From: Schmidtea nova
Lineage: Eukaryota
DNA: 64,000 bases
Direction: 5' to 3'
Assembly (NCBI GenBank): GCA_044892505.1
Contig: CM097883.1
Coordinates: 79,174,001-79,238,000, forward strand
Both the position numbers and the translations under genes were made by a program. Below the pieces are notes generated by a model. That model was not told where the DNA came from and did not search any database. It saw nothing but the letters and a program-made list of their open reading frames with translations. The first letter of the stretch is position 1; each line of letters starts with the position of its first letter. Below are positions 62,883 through 64,000 of this stretch, in pieces.

Positions 62883-64000
62883 ATTTATTGATTGAAAATA
62901 AATAAATGTTCAAATATTGTGTTTTATCATTTGTGCTGTGTTTTCTCCCTCATTCAAATTTAAGCTACCTGAACTTTTTGTCTCCTAATATGGATAGAAT
63001 TTAATAAGTTTTTTTGATATTTAATATAAATACAATGTGAGATGTTCTCTTTAATCAAGGATTATCTCATTTTGTGATTGTGGGTAATTAACGTCATCAA
63101 TAGGACATTTTTATTTTGGAAATTTAAATCCTTTTAAAGATAATTAACACGTTTTTTCAATAAGAACTGATTTATGAATTTATTTTGAAATTGAATCATT
63201 TTGTTATTTGAGGTACTTTTAATTAATTCGTTAAGTAAAAACTTTTAAAGGATGTAGCATAATTTGTCTATTAACTAGTCATTTGAGTGAGCTGAAACTA
63301 ATTTTAAAAATATACACAAATCAGCTGTTGGTATTTTGTATATTCATAATTAAATTAATAATTTAACCCTGAACTTTATTCTAAAAAATTACTAAGTAGC
63401 AAGAAGGCTTCATTTCTACAACAAACATGCCAGTTCATATTTGATTTTGATAATCCGGAAGGTAGCGAAAAGTTATTATTTATTAAAAAATGAAAATTTC
63501 TGAAATAAAAATATTGAAAAATAAAAGAATTTTTGATCTATTGTCTGAAAAAATTGAAATGAAGTAAAAATTGTTTGTAGATGCCGACAATAGTGCAACA
63601 GGTTACATTGTATTACTGTCAATTTAAATATGGAAATAAATACTAGTCAGAAATATCTTATAAAGTTCACGCAATATCTGTTATGTATTCGCGACATCTT
63701 GGTTAAAAATTACTGATTTATACTATAAAATTGAAAGGTTACTCAAGAATGATGTAACGGAAACAAATTGGGCGAACAATCATATTTTTGATGGCAGTAG
63801 GTGACCCCGGATCAATGGGACTGTCCTTCGAAATAACTACAATATTATTGTTTGATAAATCAGTGAAAGGCTTCAATGTTTATTTTCATATAAAAATTAA
63901 TATGATTACAATTTTATAAGATAAAGTGAATAATCATCTTGTTTAGGATACCCAGATAAAAAATGAAATATTATCACAAATAAATAAAATGATTGGGGGG

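Overview
Very AT-rich eukaryotic (probably invertebrate animal) scaffold with 43-58 nt introns and three N-gaps; the species cannot be identified from the sequence alone. Host genes are few: a complete four-exon UBC9/UBE2I, an intact intronless 982-aa GH38 alpha-mannosidase homologue whose catalytic nucleophile and a Zn ligand are substituted, a decaying ribokinase 5' fragment and an RPS5 retro-pseudogene. The rest is a nested transposon landscape: hATm-like, hAT, piggyBac, Merlin, Tc1, mariner, Polinton-like pPolB, NeSL/R2-type and Penelope-like remnants, plus many LTRs with TG..CA ends and 4-bp TSDs. Most notable: (i) a family of giant solo LTRs (3.1 and 4.1 kb, TSD-delimited) carrying a conserved ~237-nt block with compensatory base changes and an antisense spliced micro-ORF; (ii) two rhabdovirus endogenous elements (N-terminal half of N; RdRp core of L) inside a pile of co-oriented LTRs; (iii) the apparently catalytically dead GH38. 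All homology calls come from recognising motifs by eye; no database search was run.
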